A stretch of DNA of 59,247 nucleotides, counting the filler. It is 5 parts of 5 records of this genome, joined end to end, with 100 filler letters (N's around TTAATTAATTAA, not from the genome) between each part and the next. Parts side by side here need not be neighbours in the genome. Positions count along the whole stretch, not along the records: positions 52,644 to 59,247 come from SRR31147125_7473; 4 more parts are not named here. One strand, written 5' to 3'. Below, one piece after another: positions 54,976 to 59,247 of this stretch. Under the pieces are notes generated by a model that made no database searches, was not told the DNA's origin, and saw only the letters and a list, made by a program, of their open reading frames with translations. Position 1 is the first letter of the stretch. Every line of letters begins with the position of its first letter. Both the position numbers and the translations under genes were made by a program.

Positions 54976-55609
54976 TTAATGATTATTTTTATTTAGCGTA
55001 ATTAAAGCGGACAGCACATCAAGTTCCCCCCATGTCCACGTTACGAATATACACATCAGAGGTTGTTTTTAAGACGACTGTGGTAAAATTAACGATTCCC
55101 TTTATTCCACCTTCCAGGAGTCTGTTTGCCACCTCTTGTGCCGCATGTGGAGGAACAGTCAAAACCGCCAATTCAATACCATCTCTTTTGACAATATTTA
55201 TTATATCGTAGGATGGATAGACAGAAATTGTCGTTTTCATTGTTTCTAATCTGTTCACATTTGAATCAAAACCAGCGACAATACGGTAGCCACTTGCTAA
55301 AAACCGTTCATTATTCATGATGGACGTGCCAAGCCGTCCCAGCCCAACAACACACACCTTTCTTTTTTCAAACAATCCCAATCGCTCTGCAATATGAGAT
55401 TTGAGTTTTTTCACATCATAACCTGAGCCCGAATCCCCGATTTCACCAAGATAGCTGATATCCTTACGTATATTATGCGAATTGATAGCCAATCGCTCTG
55501 CAATTTTGGCTGAAGATATTCTTTCAACACCCTTTTGCTGACATTCTTCCAGAATTCGGTTAATTCTGCATAATCTGGATATGGACGGTTTTGGGATTGT
55601 TAATAAAAT
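54976..55609 (-). CDS. rex: Redox-sensing transcriptional repressor Rex (start uncertain; 1-nt frameshift near C-terminus)
   Basis: IPKPSISRL, ISSAKIA, IRKDISYLGEIG..GSGY, VVGLGRLG, AVLTVP and GIVNF. Removing one G from the G6 run (55026-55031) extends NVDM to GELDVLSALITL...* (TAA 54976), giving a normal Rex C-terminal helix. Confidence 0.88.
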
Positions 55610-55638
55610 TATGTGACCCTGTAATTTTATGCGAAAAG

Positions 55639-55656
55639 CTGTGATTTTTTTCACAG
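55639..55656. promoter_or_regulatory. Rex operator (proximal)
   Basis: CTGTGATTTTTTTCACAG vs consensus TTGTGAANNNNTTCACAA, about 30 nt upstream of the likely rex start. Confidence 0.78.
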
Positions 55657-55792
55657 CAAATATAAAGATACCAGATTTGAGAGTCAATGACTTTTTTATA
55701 AAATAATACAATAAATATTGTAATGGAGTTTATCTTTTTATCTTCATTATATTAATATTGATTATTAAAGAAAACGCAATCCAATGTTACAC

Positions 55793-55810
55793 CTGTGATT
55801 TTTTTCACAA
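55793..55810. promoter_or_regulatory. Rex operator (distal)
   Basis: CTGTGATTTTTTTCACAA, 17/18 identical to the proximal box, in the rex/M48 divergent region. Confidence 0.8.
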
Positions 55811-55950
55811 CACATAACAAAAACGTGCCAATTCCTTTTTTGATTATTTCTTTCACTTGAATTATTGAAATATTTTTATTATATTTATAAATTATAATAT
55901 GTTGCTCTCGGTTTAACAAGATCTCGTCAAATTGAAAAAACAGGTTTTCT

Positions 55951-57183
55951 ATGAATATATATGCCATTATTATTCTCACAACAATTGTTGTGGATTTCAT
56001 ACTCAATCTCGTCAGCGAAATTTTGAATTTGAAAAATCTGTCCGGTAAATTACCTGACGAATTTAATAACGTTTATGACGCTGATAACTATAGCAAATCC
56101 CAGGAATATACACGCGTAAAAACACATTTTGGATTTGTTGTTACCATAGTGAGTCTGATTTTAACGCTGGTATTTTGGTTTGCCGGCGGATTTAATTTTC
56201 TTGATAACATTGTCCGTGGCTGGGATCTACACCCGATCTGGACAGGACTGGCTTATATTGGATTACTTGTTATACTCAAATCATTCGTCTCTCTGCCTTT
56301 TAGCATCTATTCCACTTTTGTCATTGAAGAGCGGTTCGGATTTAATAAAACAACACCGTTGACCTTTATTACTGACATTCTTAAAGGCCTGGCACTTTCC
56401 ATATTAATTGGTGGGCCATTGTTAGCCGGGATACTGGCCTTTTTTCAGTATGCAGGCTCGTATGCCTGGCTTTATTGCTGGATTGTAACCACCCTTTTCA
56501 CGTTGATCCTCCAGTTCATAGCTCCGACCTGGATTATGCCATTGTTTAATAAATTTAAACCCTTACCGGATGGAGAGCTTAAAGAGGGTATTTTGACATA
56601 CGCTCAAAAAGTAAAGTACCCTTTGGCAGGTGTTTTTGAAATAGATGGCTCCAAACGTTCCACCAAATCCAACGCATTCTTTACCGGTTTTGGTAAAAAC
56701 AAGCGCATTGCCTTGTTTGATACATTGATTGAAAAGCATACTGTTAGCGAATTAGTGGCTGTTCTGGCTCATGAGATTGGTCATTTTAAAAAGAAACATA
56801 TCATTACTGGAATGATCATCAGCATTTTACATATGGGTGTCATGTTTTTCCTGCTTTCTCTTTTCCTGAGTCATGAAGGACTGTTTAAAGCTTTTTATAT
56901 GGAACATATATCCATTTATGCAGGACTTTTATTCTTTAGCATGCTCTATTCACCCATTGAGATGGTTTTATCCATATTTTTGAACATATTTTCACGTAAA
57001 AATGAATACCAGGCAGATCGTTTTGCTGCCGAAACAATTGAGAACTCTGAAGACATGGTTAATGCACTGAAAAAATTATCTGTCCACAACTTGTCAAACC
57101 TGAGACCTCACCCATTTTATGTGTTTTTGAATTATTCGCATCCACCAGTACTTCAGAGAATTGAGGCTATACGATCCATATAG
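55951..57183 (+). CDS. M48 family (Ste24/CAAX-like) membrane zinc metallopeptidase
   Basis: FVIEERFGFNK, DGSKRSTKSNAFFTG, VLAHEIGH (HExxH), EYQADRFA and YSHPP. Confidence 0.93.
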   Translation: MNIYAIIILTTIVVDFILNLVSEILNLKNLSGKLPDEFNNVYDADNYSKSQEYTRVKTHFGFVVTIVSLILTLVFWFAGGFNFLDNIVRGWDLHPIWTGLAYIGLLVILKSFVSLPFSIYSTFVIEERFGFNKTTPLTFITDILKGLALSILIGGPLLAGILAFFQYAGSYAWLYCWIVTTLFTLILQFIAPTWIMPLFNKFKPLPDGELKEGILTYAQKVKYPLAGVFEIDGSKRSTKSNAFFTGFGKNKRIALFDTLIEKHTVSELVAVLAHEIGHFKKKHIITGMIISILHMGVMFFLLSLFLSHEGLFKAFYMEHISIYAGLLFFSMLYSPIEMVLSIFLNIFSRKNEYQADRFAAETIENSEDMVNALKKLSVHNLSNLRPHPFYVFLNYSHPPVLQRIEAIRSI

Positions 57184-57440
57184 CTTCTTTTTTCCCTCAG
57201 CCTAACTCAACTGCGAAAATGACAATAGCATCGTTTACACCGGTTCAATTTGCTTTTCATTGCGGGCCTGAAACAAACAATAGGACTGCTAATTTAATGA
57301 AATTGAATTGTTAAACAAAATCACGATAATTGCGAATGGATCGGATTTATCCGTTTTCCATTTCAAAAATAAAACAATAAAAATAAAGTTTAAAAAATTA
57401 ACAGTTAACATTATTTAAAATTAGAAAGAAATTATATTCC

Positions 57441-59247
57441 ATGCGTAAAGATAACATTCGAAATATAGCTATAATTGCCCACGTTGACCATGGTAAAACA
57501 ACCCTGGTGGACGCAATGTTGAAACAAAGCGGGATATTCCGGGAAAACCAGCATGTTGAAGAACGAATTATGGATTCTATGGACCTGGAAAAGGAACGTG
57601 GCATTACGATTATGGCCAAAAATACAGCTGTATGGTATGATGATATTAAAATTAATATTGTTGATACACCTGGCCACGCCGATTTCGGTGGTGAAGTGGA
57701 ACGAAGTTTAAATTTAGTGGATGGCGCTCTGTTGCTTGTCGATGCCAGCGAAGGGCCTTTGCCGCAAACCAGGTTTGTTGTAAAAAAAGCACTGGCTAAA
57801 AAACTGCCGATTATTCTGGTCATCAATAAAATTGATCGTACGGACTCTCGGATTAGTGAAGTCATCAACGAAGTGTATGATTTGTTTATCGACCTCGATG
57901 CAAATGACAAACAGATTGATTTCCCTATATTATATACCAATGCCAAGTTGGGCGTTTCACACAAGGACTTGCAGGACGGATCTGAAGACCTTCGCAGTCT
58001 GTTTGATACAATTATTTCCGTCATTCCCGGCCCTGAAGCTGATGATGAGATAACACCCCAATTTCTCGTCACCAATCTGGATTATGATTCCTATGTCGGA
58101 CAAGTTGCCATTGGACGTTTGTCAAATGGTGTTCTGGAAATGAATAAAAATTACACGTTATGTGGTGAGTTTGAAAAGACAGACCACGTCAAATTTTCAG
58201 CGCTTTATTCGTTTAGCGGATTAAAAAGAATACAAGTCGATAAGGTGTATGCCGGAGATATCATAGCAGTTGCTGGTGTTGAGAACGTGAGAATTGGTGA
58301 TACCATTTCTTCCTTTGAAGACCCGAAACCGTTACCCCGCATCCATGTTGATGAACCCACTGTTTCCATGATTTTTTATGTCAATAATAGTCCTTTTGCC
58401 GGCAAAGAAGGTAAATATTTAACATCCCGTCACCTGCGCGAACGTCTGGATAAAGAAACCCTTGGTAATGTGGCCATCCAGGTAAAACCTCTTGATCGGG
58501 CGGACGCTTTTGAAGTGTGCGGCCGCGGGGAATTACAGATGGCTGTGTTAATTGAGACCATGCGGCGGGAAGGTTACGAATTTATGGTATCAAAACCGCG
58601 TGTCATCACCAAAGAAAAAGATGGCCAGATATTTGAACCAATGGAACATATCTTTATTGATGTACCGGAACAACATGTTGGCATCGTAACAGAAAAATTA
58701 TCCTTGCGAAAAGGACGCATGACCAATTTAACCAATACCGGTAGTGGTCGTGTTAATATTGAATTTGTTATACCATCCCGTGGACTCATTGGCTTTCGCA
58801 GTCACTTTTTAACAGATACAAAAGGGGCTGGAGTGATGAATACCTTGTTTGAGGGATTTGAACCCTGGTTTGGTGTGATTCCGCAACGATCTACCGGAGC
58901 GCTGGTTACTGACAGAGCCGGACGCGTCACAACATACGCCAGCCTGGCCATGGTTGACAGAGGAGAATTATTCGTACAGGTGGGTACCCAGGTTTACGCG
59001 GGAATGATTATCGGTGAACGAAATCGTAATGGTGATCTGGATGTCAACATTACCAAAGAAAAAAGGTTACAAATATGAGGAGTTCCACATCCGAAGCCAC
59101 TGTGACGCTTCGACCACCCCGCCCATTATCCCTGGATCAGGCAATTGAATTTATTGCAGAGGACGAACTTGTTGAAGTGACACCTCTTGGTGAACGGCTG
59201 CGTAAAATGGAGCTGGATGGAAATAAGCGGGCGGCGATACGAAAAAA
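57441..59247 (+). CDS. typA: Translational GTPase TypA/BipA (second copy; frameshift near 59059-59070; runs off window)
   Basis: [28 protein letters not shown] and GRGELQ. After the shift it continues [38 protein letters not shown]. Confidence 0.93.

Noticed and set aside
57398-58075. Long antisense ORFs (e.g. 57398-58075, 43591-44151, 52797-53303, 22258-22716)
   Set aside because: Shadow frames opposite well-conserved genes (typA, ahcY, serA, fabH), with no independent evidence.

Overview
The window is a concatenation of five contigs joined by artificial 100-nt spacers (44 N + TTAATTAATTAA + 44 N) at 17298-17397, 23497-23596, 29789-29888 and 52544-52643. It probably mixes at least two organisms. 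Contigs 2 and 3 look like Bacteroidota (TAnnTTTG promoters, few Shine-Dalgarno sites). Contigs 1, 4 and 5 look like a Shine-Dalgarno-using FCB lineage such as KSB1/Calditrichota (inference). Each group has its own typA. Contig 1 carries a Tat-exported GH28, accessory genes and a stand-alone AICAR transformylase. It ends in a likely anaerobic ergothioneine locus: a betaine-type ABC importer, egtD and a truncated Mo/W-bisPGD enzyme resembling metallopterin-dependent ergothioneine synthase. Contig 2 is housekeeping (ftsX, typA, yceD-rpmF-plsX-fabH). Contig 3 is a PfkB/DeoR/S9-peptidase/EamA locus. Contig 4 holds the most unusual material. A TonB receptor precedes an uncharacterised operon in which three proteins carry CxC motifs: a membrane-anchored protein, a MacB/FtsX-type ABC system, and a 1250-aa exported propeller-methyltransferase-like-propeller-malectin protein. 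Next comes a His-rich ORF ending in RGPP (candidate metal-sensing arrest peptide) upstream of a TolC/RND metal efflux operon. The contig also has PTS IIC-IID-HPr-EI, metK, ahcY and a SurA/PpiD-type PPIase. Contig 5 has rex-serC-serA with two clear Rex boxes, an M48 peptidase and typA. Seven genes carry single-base homopolymer frameshifts, most likely sequencing errors. No rRNA, tRNA, CRISPR array or transposase was recognised.
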